Assembly (NCBI RefSeq): GCF_009834535.1
Contig: NC_045697.1
Span: 96,660,001 to 96,724,000 of the forward strand
Direction of reading: 5' to 3'
DNA from: Camelus ferus
Lineage: Eukaryota
Length of the DNA stretch: 64,000 bases
Part shown: one piece after another, positions 1 to 12,432 of the stretch
Position numbering within the stretch: position 1 is the first letter of the stretch
How the letters are laid out: the number at the start of each line of letters is the position of its first letter
Position numbers and translations under genes: made by a program
The notes under the pieces: model-generated
Told to the model about the DNA's origin: nothing
The model's database searches: none
What the model saw: the letters and a program-made list of their open reading frames with translations, nothing else

Positions 1-59
1 TCCAAATTCAAATTATAAATTGAGTATACACTAATACTAATATATGACAATAATTTTAC

Positions 60-965
60 AACAAATAAAATAAAATTACAAAAATATCACTTATGAATAT
101 TGACCTAAAAATCACAAATAAGCAGATTTTAGCAACCTACTTAAAGAAATAAATGCAACATGGCCTAATAGTGTTTATTCTAGGAATTCAGTGATGTTTC
201 AATATTGTTAAATTGATTGATATAATTTATCAAATCAATACTCCTAGAAAAATATCAGAGACTTTTTCCATAGGTAATAAGAAGTATTTGACCAAACTGA
301 AGTCAGTTTTTGAAAATAAAAATTCAAGAAAATAAGGAATAATTAACATTTTCTTAAGATGGTAAAACAGACCTATCACAACCTCAACTTCCCTCTTAAT
401 AAGTTAAGCTTTGTACTTGAGTTCTAATCAAAGCAATTTTAAAAGGTAAGTAAATTGCATGAAGTATGAAAAGTAGGAAAAAATAAGGAAATAAAATTAT
501 GTGTTTATAAGCGATAAACACAGCATGTCTGTAAAATGTAAGAGAATCAACTGAAATTGATCCCAAACAATAAGATAAATCAATAATATTTCAAGCAATC
601 AAATGTATAAATAGAAATAACCAGTGGTCCTTAAATAGTCAATTATAATTCAGAATTTCTAACTATGTAAGGGAACCTACTTACAACAGCACAAAAATCA
701 AATATACCTATGAATTATATTAAATAGGAAATATATAAAATTCACACAAAGAAAAACTTAAGAAGCTACTGAAGGAAACAAATGATGCTCTTACAAATAA
801 AAATTATATCATGTTCTAGGATATTATAATAACTTCAATTTTATGCAAGTGAATTCATTTTTATAATACCAGTTTTAAAAATTCACATGGAAAAATAGCA
901 AACAAGTATAAAGAAGAAAATTCTAATTCAGAATGGACACTAGCCCTGCTAGACACTAAACAGTA
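60..965 (+). mobile_element. Ancient L1 (L1M-type) ORF2 remnant, RT region
   Basis: Degenerate match to L1 ORF2, e.g. aatatcacttatgaatattgacctaaaaatc (cf. PISLMNIDAKI) and gtgtttattctaggaattcagtgatgtttcaatatt (cf. GFIPGMQGWFNI). A-rich sense strand, no open frame. Confidence 0.75.
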
Positions 966-1059
966 ATTTCATTCATCATGTGTTATAGCCAACTAGAGAC
1001 AGTGCAGGTAACAATAATAATAGCAGTAATAACAGCGACGGTGGCGGTGAAGATGACAC

Positions 1060-1265
1060 AGTCTTACAGTCAGACAGCCCAGGGGTTAGATAATGGCAGT
1101 GCTGCCCTTTGCCAAATGAATCTGGTAAGTAGGCCCATGGTTTTGTCATCTGTCAAATGAAAAAACACTGTCCTATCAGGTGGCAGAATTAATTAAATAA
1201 AATACTATACATAAACCAACTAATATTATGCATATCATTAAGTGTCAACATTAAAGCAGTTTATT
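1060..1265 (+). mobile_element. MIR fragment
   Basis: Core-like ggttttgtcatctgtcaaatg followed by a degenerate MIR 3' end. Confidence 0.4.
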
Positions 1266-1620
1266 ATAGGGTATGCATAGAAAGACAAATAGAATACAAG
1301 AAAAAGTCCAGAAACAGACTGAATAGGTATGAGCTGTTAATTGTTGTGATCTCAAATAAGGGAGAAAAAATGGACTATTCAAGAAATAGTGTTCTGACCA
1401 CTGGAGTCATCTGAAAAGAAATAAATAGGAAGATATATAGCATATCATTCACTAAAAAACATGTCAAACTGATTAAATATTTTAATGCAAAAGATAAGAC
1501 CATAACAATACTAAAAGAAGACATAGCAGCCATTTCCTAGTAAGCTAAGAGTAGGAAAGATCTATGTTAACACAATTTATAATTCAGAGGCAACAAAAGA
1601 GGTAATTGTTTAATTAGACC
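1265..1620 (+). mobile_element. Continuation of the ancient L1 ORF2 remnant
   Basis: gacaaatagaatacaagaaaaagtccagaaacagac...ggactattcaagaaatagtgttc...cataacaatactaaaagaagacatag is collinear with L1 ORF2 downstream of the RT domain. Confidence 0.7.
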
Positions 1621-1843
1621 TTCAGTTATGAGAGTTCCAGGCAGAATGATGAAAGCGTCAGTAGTTCTTACATATTGTGCATGAGTTACTACTACAAGAA
1701 AGAGATGCGCCAAAAAAATACCGAGTCCAATGCTGATAAGCTGAATTTAGAGTAAATTTTAAAAGGGTCAGAATCTGCTAGGTTAGAAAAGAATATGAAT
1801 TAACATATTCAGGTTCTTAAGCCACAAAGATATTGTCAAAGTA

Positions 1844-2862
1844 CAACCTATGGAATGGGAGAAAATATTTGCAAATGATGAGGCTGACAAGGGATTAATT
1901 TTCAAAATATACAAACAGCTCATATAGCTTAAAAAAAAAACAATAAAAAATGGGCAGAAGACCTAAACAGACATTTCTCCAAAGAAGACATCCAGATGGC
2001 CAACAGGCATATGAAATGTTGCTCAACATGGCTAATTATTAGAGGAATAAAAAAAACTACAGAGGTATCACCTCACACCAATGAGAATGGCCACCATTAA
2101 AAAGTCTATAAATAATAAATGCTGGAGAGGGTGTAGAGAAAAAGGAACCCTACTACACTCTTGATAGGAATGTAAATTGCTGCAACCACTATGGAGAAGA
2201 GTATGGAGATTCCTTAAAAAACTAAAAATAGAGTTACCTTACGATCTAGCAATCCCACTTCTGGGAATATATTCACAATCTAAATGTCCACTTATCTTTC
2301 TGGATAAAGAAGATGAGATATAGATATAGATATATAGATATAGATATAGATATAGATATAGATATATATCAACTTCTATACACACATACACACACACACA
2401 CACTCACCCATAAAAAGGAATTCAATAATGCCATTTGCAGCAACATGGATGGACTTAAATGTTATCATATTAAGTGAAGTAAGTTGGACAGGAAAAGACA
2501 AATATCATTTATTATCACTTATACATGGAATCTAAAAAAAAAATGACACAAATAAACTTATTTATAAACCAGAAACAGACTCACAGACATAGAAAACACA
2601 TATAGTTACCAAAGGGGAAAGGGGTGAGGGGGAGAGTTAATTAGAAGTTTGAGATTAACAAATACATACTACTATATATAAAATAGATAAACAGCAAGGA
2701 CCTACTGTATAGCACAAGGAACAACATTAAATATCTTGTAATAACCTATAATGGAAAAGAAACTGAAAAATAATATATATGTATATGTGTAATTTAATCA
2801 CTTTGTTGTACACTCAGAACTAACACAACATTGTAAATCAACTATACATCAATAAAAAAAAA
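1844..2862 (+). mobile_element. 5'-truncated L1 (ORF2 3' end, 3'UTR, poly-A)
   Basis: Starts caacctatggaatgggagaaaatatttgcaaat (QPMEWEKIFAN) and ends aataaa plus an A-tail. TSD attgtcaaagta (1832-1843) / attgtccaagta (2863-2874). Confidence 0.93.
2318..2403. repeat. (TAGATA)n plus (CA)n microsatellites inside the L1
   Basis: Directly visible. Confidence 0.95.
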
Positions 2863-2874
2863 ATTGTCCAAGTA

Positions 2875-3745
2875 TACAATGACTACAGGGTAAAGATTAA
2901 ATCAAGTGTTTGACTGTGACACCCTTTGACAGGCCTCTGAAAGAATTAACATATTTCCTAAGGAACATTTTCAAAAAGATAAAAAGGATTCTAGGAATCT
3001 TTAGGATTTTTGATTCACAGCAGGCCTGCCAGTGTCCATTGCATTTCTGCTTACACATTGACTAAGCTGTGTAGAAAGACCTATCTTAGTAAGAATGCTC
3101 TTGATGGATTCTGTGGTACAAAATATTGCAGTTGGCAAGTTCTAGCAGCTTGGTATAAAAGGGACTGAGATTGTTCAAAACTCAAAAAGTTAACTGGGAT
3201 CACACCTTTAAATTACACACATCAGGCTGAGAAGGTGGACGTAGCTCAAAGGCCGTATAGTCTATGTTCTCTTTAAAAGTGGCTGGACAGAAGAATAGAA
3301 AAGGAAGACCTTCCCACAGAGCAAAGTCAAGGACAGAATGACTGGATAGACTTTCCCAAGTTGCAGAACCAGGGTCTGGTCAAGCAATATTAACCAACTC
3401 AGAACAGCAAGTCTGTCAAAACCTAGATTATAGAATGACTAAAGACTCCTATGTGTCTCCCATTCCTCCTCTTTTCAAATGGGAGGGTCCATAGAGTTTA
3501 TCTATTTGTGTGTCATCATTATACACTGGCTGTTTGGAGGGGAAGATAACTTGTCTCTTTAGTTGGCATTTCCTCAGATTAATAGAAACTGCATTCAAGC
3601 ATGAACCTCTAGCCCTAATGTAGATCATGAGATCTATATGGACTCTGAGTGTGACAATGTGACTCAATGAGATTTAGGTGGTTTTGAGGGGGTGAATGTA
3701 CTTTGCAGATGGAAGGGATGGGAATATCCAGGTCAGGGGGTGGAC
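2875..3745 (+). mobile_element. ERVL-MaLR internal segment (MLT1-int-like), probably continuing upstream of the L1 insertion (about 1625-1843)
   Basis: Ends in a purine-rich PPT-like ggtcagggggtggac immediately before the LTR start tgtggtag. Confidence 0.65.
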
Positions 3746-4273
3746 TGTGGTAGCTGATTACATAAATAACTTCAATTCTTCACCCTTCTCTGTGCTCAGG
3801 CCCCACACAATGTGACTTAGAAGTTCTTCCTAGAAGGTGGCAGAGTTCACTTCACTACCCTTAGCATCTCAGCTGGACTTGACACTTGCTTTTGCCCATG
3901 TGATATGGTGGAAGTGATGGTGTGCCAGTTCCAAGCCTAGGCCACAAGAAGCATTGTATGTGTCCACTCGCCTTCTTTGTTTTCTGCTTTCCCCACTAGG
4001 ATATGCTTGTGCGCATTCCTTCGTGAGTGCCACTCACAGATAAAGCTGATCTAGGCCAGTTACAGCTGAGGCCTGAGACATGTGAATGTGACACTGGCAG
4101 CTGACTGGCAGCTAACTGCAGCTGCCCGAGGAAGCCCTGAGGAGATCAATTCAGATCAACAGAACCAGTCAGCTGATCCACAGATTGGTAAGCAAAAATA
4201 AATGTTGACTGTTGTTTGCCACTAAGGTTTTATGGTTGTTGCCAGCATTATTCTGTAACAAATAATTAATGCA
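3746..4273 (+). mobile_element. MLT1-type MaLR LTR (MLT1F/G/H-like), 3' LTR
   Basis: tgtggtag start; ggaagtgatggtgtgccagttccaagcctaggcc; aataaa...gccactaaggttttatggttgttg...taattaatgca end. Confidence 0.85.
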
Positions 4274-4294
4274 AGATGTTTTTATTGAGGGTGC

Positions 4295-4562
4295 TCAATG
4301 TGGTGAAAATAGCTATTCAGGCTCTGTGGTCACACAGAATGTGTTTGAATCCGTATTCTCCCAATACTTCTTTAAAATACTGGACAAGTTACCAAACTTA
4401 CTTAAGCCCAAGTATTCTCGCCATGAGAATGAGGAGAGTGGCTAGCAGTAGCATCTATCTCATAAGGGTTGTTTTAAGACTTAAATGTGATGATATGCCA
4501 AACTGCAGAGCAAAGTAGTTAGCACATGGTAAGTGCTAAATAAACTCTAGTTATTATTCTTA
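4295..4562 (+). mobile_element. MIR SINE
   Basis: gtttgaatcc (B box), atctcataagggttgttttaagacttaaatgtgatgat, and 3' end gcacatggtaagtgctaaataaa. Confidence 0.85.
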
Positions 4563-5249
4563 TTTTCCTATTCTTTTGAAATAATTTATGAACTGCTTCT
4601 GTATATTATAAAGTAATTTCAAATGAATTTTAGTTTAACATTAAAAATTATATGACATAAACAACATGGCATGTACTACAATTGAATATTTTAAATAATA
4701 CTTAAATAAGTGAAAAAAACAGCCTTCATAAAACACTGTAATTTCTACCACAGCAAAAATAAAGTTACATTCAACTATTTTATGTCCATCACTTGGCATA
4801 TTTACAGCCAGATCGTGGGTGTCTACTAAACATTTTTTGGACTGAACCTGTGCATAACATGATCCAAGGACTTCCTTTTTTGCTGCCATCATATTGAAGA
4901 CAGAGTTAATGTAAGCTAAAAATTAATTTTAATTAAATAACCACATTACCTACACATAGTAGCCACTCACCAGGAGTTCGTTGAATTGACTATGAAATCA
5001 AATACAAAAACACACAAAGGTCATGCAAATTAGGTAATTAACTTTTGAGAGGTGAATAAGGCCAAAATAATTATTCAATACTGTTTCTGTATTTCTAAAT
5101 TAATTGTTAATAAATGATTTATCAAATGTCAGCAAGAAAACACCACTTACATATGTAAGTAAACACTACTAACAGTGATCTCAATTAGCCAATAATTTGA
5201 AGATTAGGTAACAAACATAAAAATATATACTTATTTTCTTCACATGTGA

Positions 5250-6480
5250 TTTTTTCCAGGAAAAAAAATTTGTTGAGTGCCCTTTTTCTATTGCCAAGTA
5301 TTAAACTATATGATAAAGAAAGGAAGCAAGTGGAAAACCAAAATTTTATTTGGAGAAGTCACAACCTAGGGAGAGAGACAAATGCTTAATCACATAATCA
5401 TAATTCTGAGAAATAGATGCTATATGATATGCCCAAGGGATATGGAAGCACGCGGTATGGAATGACTGTGCCAAAGGGGTAGGAGGTAAAGAAAGGCATT
5501 TCTTTACTTAATAGGCAATGTTTATCATGTAAAAAAGGGAGGAGATGAATTCAGATCAAAAGACACTATTATGAGTTAATAAATGCACTTGGTGATATTT
5601 AACTGCACTTTCATCTACAACAATAATAAGACTGAAAGATAGATGTTATTATGTTATATGTTAAAGAATTGGGAATTAAATCCAGGGTCTTCAGTCTTTA
5701 AGGGCAATTCAGATTCCACCATCCTAAGTAAAAATATATAGAAAAGCATAAAAGTGTGGAACGGCACTATGGAATGTGGCTAGAACAGAGAATGCATGTT
5801 GCAGGCAGGAGCTATGCAGGGACGGCAACCCCTGAGACTGTAAATAAAAGTAAGCACATATTTGGCCACAAAGAACATCTATGCCATTCTACAGGACTGG
5901 ATTTTCTTCATGGAAGTGACAGAGAATAACTGAAGAAATGCAGAGGATTTTATATAATCCACCTGTATATCATAAAGAGCTTCTGCCAATACTTGAAACA
6001 TCTGAGGAAGGAAAATCAGAAGACAGTGATTGGGAGTATCAGGTAACTAACAAATAGTTAAGGAGTGAGAAAATGAAGTCTTTGTACAAAGAACTGAGAG
6101 TGGGTATACAAAAGGATAGAATTCAGAGATATTTTACAGATAGAATCAATAGAATTTATGGCCAATCTACAGGAATAGTGAGAATGGAGCTCAGAGTTAT
6201 CAAGTTGGGGCCAGCAGGCATACTGAGCACTATTAACAGAGACAGAGTGAATAAAAAAGGAAGCAGATTTGTGGATTAGTCCTGGAATTCCATTAAGGAT
6301 TTGCCGTGATTGAGGTGGCTGTAGACCATTTAAAGTAGGACATGTAGTAGGAAAGGTTACTTAGATATATATGCTGATATTTATGTATTATGTATTTCAT
6401 TTAGCTTACTATCATATACTACATATTACAGCCAAGCATGAACTGGAGGGCTGGAAAACCATACGAGAATGCAAAGTGAG
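5250..6480 (-). mobile_element. L2 LINE fragments, probably interrupted by a MIR at about 5570-5720
   Basis: tttgttgagtgcc resembles an L2 3' end read antisense, followed by a purine-rich L2-like body. Confidence 0.55.
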
Positions 6481-6847
6481 CACTGAAACTAACAAAGTAA
6501 GTATTCCATCTACTCAAAAGTTTAAAATAAAATGTAATTAATAACAGGAAATGTAAATTCATTTACTACTAATAATGTAACCACAGGAAAAAAAGAATTC
6601 TAACTTTAATGACCAAAAAAGAAATAAACAGTAATTAGGTGTCTTAAATATCATATTTTCATTAAGAGAAGACAACCCTGTCTTGATACTTTAGAGAAAT
6701 ATTGATCTTAAATGTATTTTATTCATATGACTTTTGTTAAACAAACTAAGCATTATTAGTTTTTTTTATTATGTCCAAATCCATATAAATTAAAAAAAAA
6801 TAGAATGCTTCATATTACAAATGACAAGTGCAAAAACACCCCATTAG

Positions 6848-6964
6848 TGTTTTTCTTATATTAACATATTCTTATTATTTCTTATATTAACATATTCTTA
6901 TTATTTCTTATATTAACATATTCTTATTATATTAACATTTTCTTATATTAACATAAGAAAAACA
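6848..6964. repeat. 26-bp minisatellite (3 perfect units plus partials) bounded by a 12-bp inverted repeat
   Basis: tttcttatattaacatattcttatta at 6852, 6878 and 6904. Inverted repeat tgtttttcttat (6848-6859) / ataagaaaaaca (6953-6964). Confidence 0.95.
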
Positions 6965-7009
6965 AGGAAATTTTTTACAAGAGAATAACAGAAGGAAAAA
7001 ATTACGACT

Positions 7010-7520
7010 AAAATTAAATCTGCATATTACTGTAAGTGTAAAGGTTAAGCTCTTTGATTTGCAGAAGAATGATCTCAAACTCATAAAGCCAAAGCAAAAG
7101 AATATAATTAACAGGACTCACACATCTAAATGACTGAAAATGATTAAAGGTATCAGGTAACATGTGAATGGAAAGAGCTAAACAATATAACCAACAACAA
7201 ATCAAATACAGTGTGGAAATATTAATATCTGATGGAGGAAAAATAAAAGGAGAAAAATCAATCACAAACACAAAGTTATTTCAAATATTCATGTAAATGA
7301 AGCAGCCGAGCCACAATGAAAGTGTAACTATAGAAAAAAATTTCTCATCATGTAAATAGGATTAAAATATCTGATATAGAATCTTGAATATAAGAATATG
7401 AAAAAGTAGATTTTAACCATGAACAGGCAAAACAATGAAAAAGTATACAACATAGTTCAATATCAATAAGAAAAGATACACTACATGTAACCTTTTCAAA
7501 GGTGTCCAGTTCAAAATCCA
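7010..7520 (+). mobile_element. Ancient L1 ORF2 endonuclease-region remnant
   Basis: attactgtaagtgtaaaggttaag (cf. ITLNVNGLN), caggactcacacatcta (cf. QETHL), gtggaaatattaatatctgat (cf. VAILISD). Confidence 0.55.
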
Positions 7521-7964
7521 TTCATTTGATGAAGTTTGAACAAGAAATGATAAAAACACAAGTAGAGGTGGAAGTAGTTGTAACTCTGTACACAGAACCT
7601 TTGCACTTGGCTTCATACTTTCTTCCTTAATTCATTCTACCCCATCTCCAAGGACTCCCCGCAATTTACCCCCAGGTTAAAATATTATTTTTCATTACCT
7701 CAAAGGAGATTAAATTTATTTTCTGAAAAGAACTTAAGCTACTAGAATAGGGGACATGATTTTAAGGAAAGTCCTTCATATTTTGATTGTGGATTTCTCC
7801 TACTCTAAATGCTCATTGCTGATTTTGTACTAGACAGACCATAAAAGAAACAACTCATTGAAATGCTCTGCCCATATACTTAAGGCAACTCATCACCTTC
7901 ACAGTATATGGGAGGCAGCTACTTGAAAAAACAGAAATACATATAAAATACTACCTAGAGCTGC

Positions 7965-8150
7965 AGAGTTGTTTCTGGGGTCTGACTGACCAAGTTAGAA
8001 CCCTGTGTACTCTATGTGCTAGCTATGTAGCCTTGAAAATGTGTGCATTCTTTCTCTACTCTTGTTTCCTCATTTCATCTATGAATAATGGATAGTACTA
8101 TTGCCTATCTCAGAGAGTTTGTGAGAATTAAAGAAGCTGAGGCATTGAAG
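7965..8150 (+). mobile_element. MIR SINE
   Basis: ctagctatgtagccttg...tgtttcctcattt...cctatctcagagagtttgtgagaattaaa. Confidence 0.75.
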
Positions 8151-8269
8151 TATTATAGGAAGCAAAATAACACCATGGAAGAGAATACCAAAATAAGTTA
8201 GACCAATTCTTACCATTGGTAAGGGTGTTATTTTAGGGAGAAGCTAAATATTTAAAAAATTTCCTGTAA

Positions 8270-8740
8270 ACAAGAAGTATTTTTTATACAGTAATAAAAT
8301 TATACTATATAGCAAAAATTACAATCAGCAGCAGCAAGAAAATATAAATAACCTAGAAACTACCTTTAGAAATACATGCAATCTACATAGAGAAAAAGTT
8401 AAAATGCCATTGAGGAAGACACACACATTCCAGACAACCTGAACCAATGGAAAGACTTGTTAACTTTGTAAAGACTGCATTTCTTCCTAGATTAATATAT
8501 TATTTTATAACATTTATGTGAACCTAATAAAAATAATTGATATAACTTGTTCTTATTGTTATCGTTTGGAAGTAGAAAGGTGATTCTATAGCCCATATGT
8601 TAAATAAACATTGGCATTAACCCAGATCCTTTGGAAAAGAAGAGTAATGATAGGGACTCATCATATCACACATTCAATTATTAAAGAACTTTGACAATAA
8701 AAGCACTGTGGTTCTGGTAAGTTCTTGGGGTAAGAAGACC
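8270..8740 (+). mobile_element. Ancient L1 ORF2 fragment
   Basis: ataaataacctagaaac...ctgaaccaatggaaagac...tgattctatagcccatatg...aaaagcactgtggttctgg is collinear with ORF2 after the RT core. Confidence 0.65.
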
Positions 8741-8799
8741 AGGCAGAGGAAACTAATTCAGAGCTTCTATAATAGGAATGATCTTGATACTTTCAAAGA

Positions 8800-9240
8800 G
8801 AAGGCAGATAGGACTATGGTAGCAGGGAGACCAGAGTGGAAGGCAGGGTTGCAGGTCTTTGAGGAACTTGCAGGCAATGAAATGGTTTTTATACTTTATA
8901 GTAAGAGCTCTGTATATATAGAAAAGATAGAATTAACTGTGGAGATGGAAGGAAAAAGACCCAGAACAGAAATTTGGAATGTATCTGTATTGGGGACAGG
9001 CAGAAAAAAAAAAGGCAAGCAATGATATACAAAAAGTAATCTAAGTGAAATAAAGATACTTAGGAGATAGAATTGTCATTTAAGACAAATATAAAGAAAA
9101 ATGTGTTGGAATAACAATACTGTTGAACATTTAAAATACTACCATGGGTTTAAGATATATTGAAAAAGAGTCCATTGGCTTTGTAAATTATGATGTACTT
9201 ACAAAGCTATTTCACTGACAGAAAAAGGAAATCAGAGTTA
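8800..9240 (-). mobile_element. L2 fragment
   Basis: Purine-rich antisense L2-like motifs (gagaccagagtggaaggcaggg; gtccattggctttgtaaatt). Confidence 0.45.
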
Positions 9241-11744
9241 CAAATAAACATGCATAATATCACTTAAGAATTTTAAATGTTTTGCCTAATGTTAGTCCTT
9301 GAATACTGGAAATCAGTAAGGTAGATTTACTTCCATAGACTCCTGAGACCTTTAGAATTTTGTATGCTTTGTACTTACATAATAGACTACATGGATATTT
9401 GAATATGACATTATTTTGACTCATCATAAGAAGGTCAAATACTTTAAGTGATTTTTTTTTTGCAATAGTTACTCATTAACATTTATTAAGTTGAATTCTT
9501 TCTTGATCTACTTTGAACCAAATAAAACAATTTGTACACCTAGAACAGAGCAAAATTACTTGGCATATTTGAATCTAAAGCCCTATCAAGTCTAGGTAGA
9601 GATTATGGCCCATAACCCTTAAAAAGTGGTAAAACAGGATTGTAAAACGTAGTAATTTATAATGTTTATATTTAGTAATAGCAATTCACACAATTTTATT
9701 GCTATTGTTATTTAGACAATTATAATAATGATTTAATTTCATGAAGCCATTCATTAATGAAAAACCTAGGAAAGGTAGTCCTTCTTCAATTTGTCATACA
9801 CCTTCCACCCACCTTAACATCCTATAGCCCCCACAATAATATTTTGATAAATTCTGGTTCTTTCTTATAGTTTCTTATTTTACTATACAAGTTTTGAGGA
9901 CACTGCACACTTTATAGTAAACATCATTTAACCAAGGATATATTTATTTTAAAGCATAGTTTTGAGAAAAGCTTCTTCCTCTCCCTAGAGAATAGTTATG
10001 TCTCCTATTACAAATACTTTGAAATAGGGAAGAGATTATTAGTCCCTAAAGACTTGCTGCTCAGTTGAGAGAATTTTAAGCCTCAGTGAAAATGTATCAA
10101 GATAGCCTTTGTCAGGAACATAAATGTGGTTCACTTTCCTCTAGTCTTGATTTTTTTATTCCTATTTTATTTTATCTCATATTTTCTCTTTAATAGTTAA
10201 CATTTTCATTAATGAAATAGGAAAAGCATGAATAAATAAAATTTTATTATCAGGGTATTTGATGGTAATAAAAATCTAATGAAAAAAGGATAATTTATTA
10301 GTTACAATCATACTCCAATTTACTGAAGAATTAATTTATTGTAAACATTGTTTCTCAGTTATTTATTCCATTTTGTTGGAATAGTTTAGCCATTTCCTCA
10401 ACTTCATAAGTTCTTGAATTTTCCCTAGTGAAATGGGACACTACTTAAGTTGTTAAAAATTTGTGTTTATCAAAATTTTAAGTTAATATCCAAATTTTGT
10501 GGATTATCATAGGAGCAATCTGTCATCTTGACTTCTATCTTGAACTAATTTTAGAAGTAATGCTGTGGTTTTCTTTACTCAGTTAAGAGGAAACACTTAT
10601 TGATAAATTTTGCTTTTTAGTCAAATAGTAGTTGTCATAAGCTTCAGAAATATTTTCTACATATAATTCAATAATTCCCCAAGCTGGCCTATGACTCACA
10701 ATTGCATCATTTCTCTCATAGGGGAGACCTCAATTTACTTATAGAATCATATCTCACTTTATATTCCAGTATTTCATGAAATTTAGCTAATTTCTCTTCT
10801 AAATCAGATTCTTTCATCTTGGAGATGGAAGCTTATCATACTTGGGCTTTTCCCTTTGGCCTGGCTCATTTGGACAGATACTGTTTTCAAATTATCTTTT
10901 TGTTTTTGGATTTTCAGCCTTCGATGTTGCCTTTCTGATTTCCCTCAATTCAACACTACAAAACTGGGAACCAACTCCTTCCTCAATACTGATCTCACTC
11001 AAGGCTCTTGGAATCCTGAAAAGGTCTCAATTCTACTACCTTAATTGTCTTTAAGGGAAGATCAACAGAAAGTGACTATGTAAGACAATTTTTAAGAACA
11101 ACCTATGAAAAACATAAAAACAGAATGGTTTACCAAAGCCAGTTTTATTTTAATCCAAGCTAAAAATCTAATTTGGTAAAAAATACCTTAAAAATAATAT
11201 AAGAAATTATGTACTATATAGTTTTCATGTGTATGAAAATATCACTTTTTTAGTCAGTTTTGCAAATACTGAAGATATTAGTCAGATCTATTATGGGACC
11301 TAGACTTGATATTCTGTGCTGCTCAGTTTTGTTATAAAATCACAAGAACTCTAATCCCTCCAAATTCATGCTTAAATTAGAAAAGAAGATTATTTCTATG
11401 ACCACAACACTGATAAAATTCATATTATGCTATCCTCTCATTTATTTGTTTGTTTATTTACTTTAAAAAATACATATATTTTTTTAAATGAGTGGAGCCT
11501 TCAAGATTGAGAAGGCAGATACTGTGAATCCAAAAATTGACTGTTGCTCTTGGCCACCTCAGGCCACTTCATGATCATTTGATACTCATAACAAGCAACG
11601 CTTCTTCTCCAGAGACTCCTTGGGCACATACTTAATCTCCAATCTATTCTCCCATTCTATGTCACATTACAATATGGGAGCAAAACAATCTATATCACTC
11701 CTTAGTTAGCTTATTTTAACTAGCAGTGGTGCATCCTCTATGCT

Positions 11745-11860
11745 CTTCCTTCCTCCCTTCCTCCCTTCCTCCCTTCCTCCCTTCCTCCCTTCCTCCCTTC
11801 CTCCCTCCTTCCTTCCTTCCTTCCTTCCTTCCTTCCTTCCTTCCTTCCTTCCTTCCTTCC
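11745..11860. repeat. (CCTT)n/(CCTCCCTT)n pure polypyrimidine microsatellite
   Basis: About 115 bp containing only C and T on the + strand. Confidence 0.98.
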
Positions 11861-12043
11861 AATTCAAATCACTCCAAAGCACTAAGGGATAATGGAAGAA
11901 TAGACCTATAGAAATAGAATGAACTTGAATCCCAAAATGACTGCAAAAGGGAACTTCTGGCAGGACACAACTTTGAACCATTACATGCCATTTTTCCAAA
12001 AATATGAAGCAAATTAATCCAGAAACTAAGAGGTGTCTTACCT

Positions 12044-12432
12044 TACAAAAAAAAAAAAAAAATCAACTGAGTAGATGTAAAGATGTAATTGGCTTTATTT
12101 AATGATTCATGCATCAGGAAGCATCCCATCTAGCAAACAGGATGGAGCTCCAATTTGCTGCACAAAATGGTAGACTTATATAGGCAAAAGGAGGCAAGTC
12201 AAGGAGGTTATTCTAGCAAAGAGTGAACTGTTTCAGGCAAGGTCACCTTCCTTTAAGGGGATGATGGGGGGCTATCAAGCAGATTTCCTTGCTAATGTTG
12301 GCCAGGAAATTCCAAACTGAGTGAGAAGACATTCCTGGGAGAGGCTAAATGTGATTAGGTTAGGTAATAAGCCTCAATTTCTTGACATGGCCTTAGCACA
12401 GATGACTCCATTTTGGGCCTGCTGTCTTTTAA
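12044..12432 (-). mobile_element. ERV1-class solo LTR with eroded ends
   Basis: Reverse strand begins ...aaagacagcaggcccaaaatggagtca...gctaag, with a TATA-like cctatataag and a poly-A signal in aataaagccaatt. Confidence 0.8.

Noticed and set aside
4809..4910. Possible + strand exon (tttacag| ... |gtaagc)
   Set aside because: There are stops in all three frames and the polypyrimidine tract is weak. Part of it resembles an L2 3' end.
6848..6964. CRISPR-like array
   Set aside because: The repeats are head-to-tail with no unique spacers, the context is eukaryotic and there are no cas genes.
8708..9025. 105-aa ORF
   Set aside because: It spans decayed L1/L2 sequence, has a non-ATG start and contains no recognisable domain.
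11706..11999. ORFs with EGRK/PSFL repeats
   Set aside because: These are translations of the (CCTT)n microsatellite.
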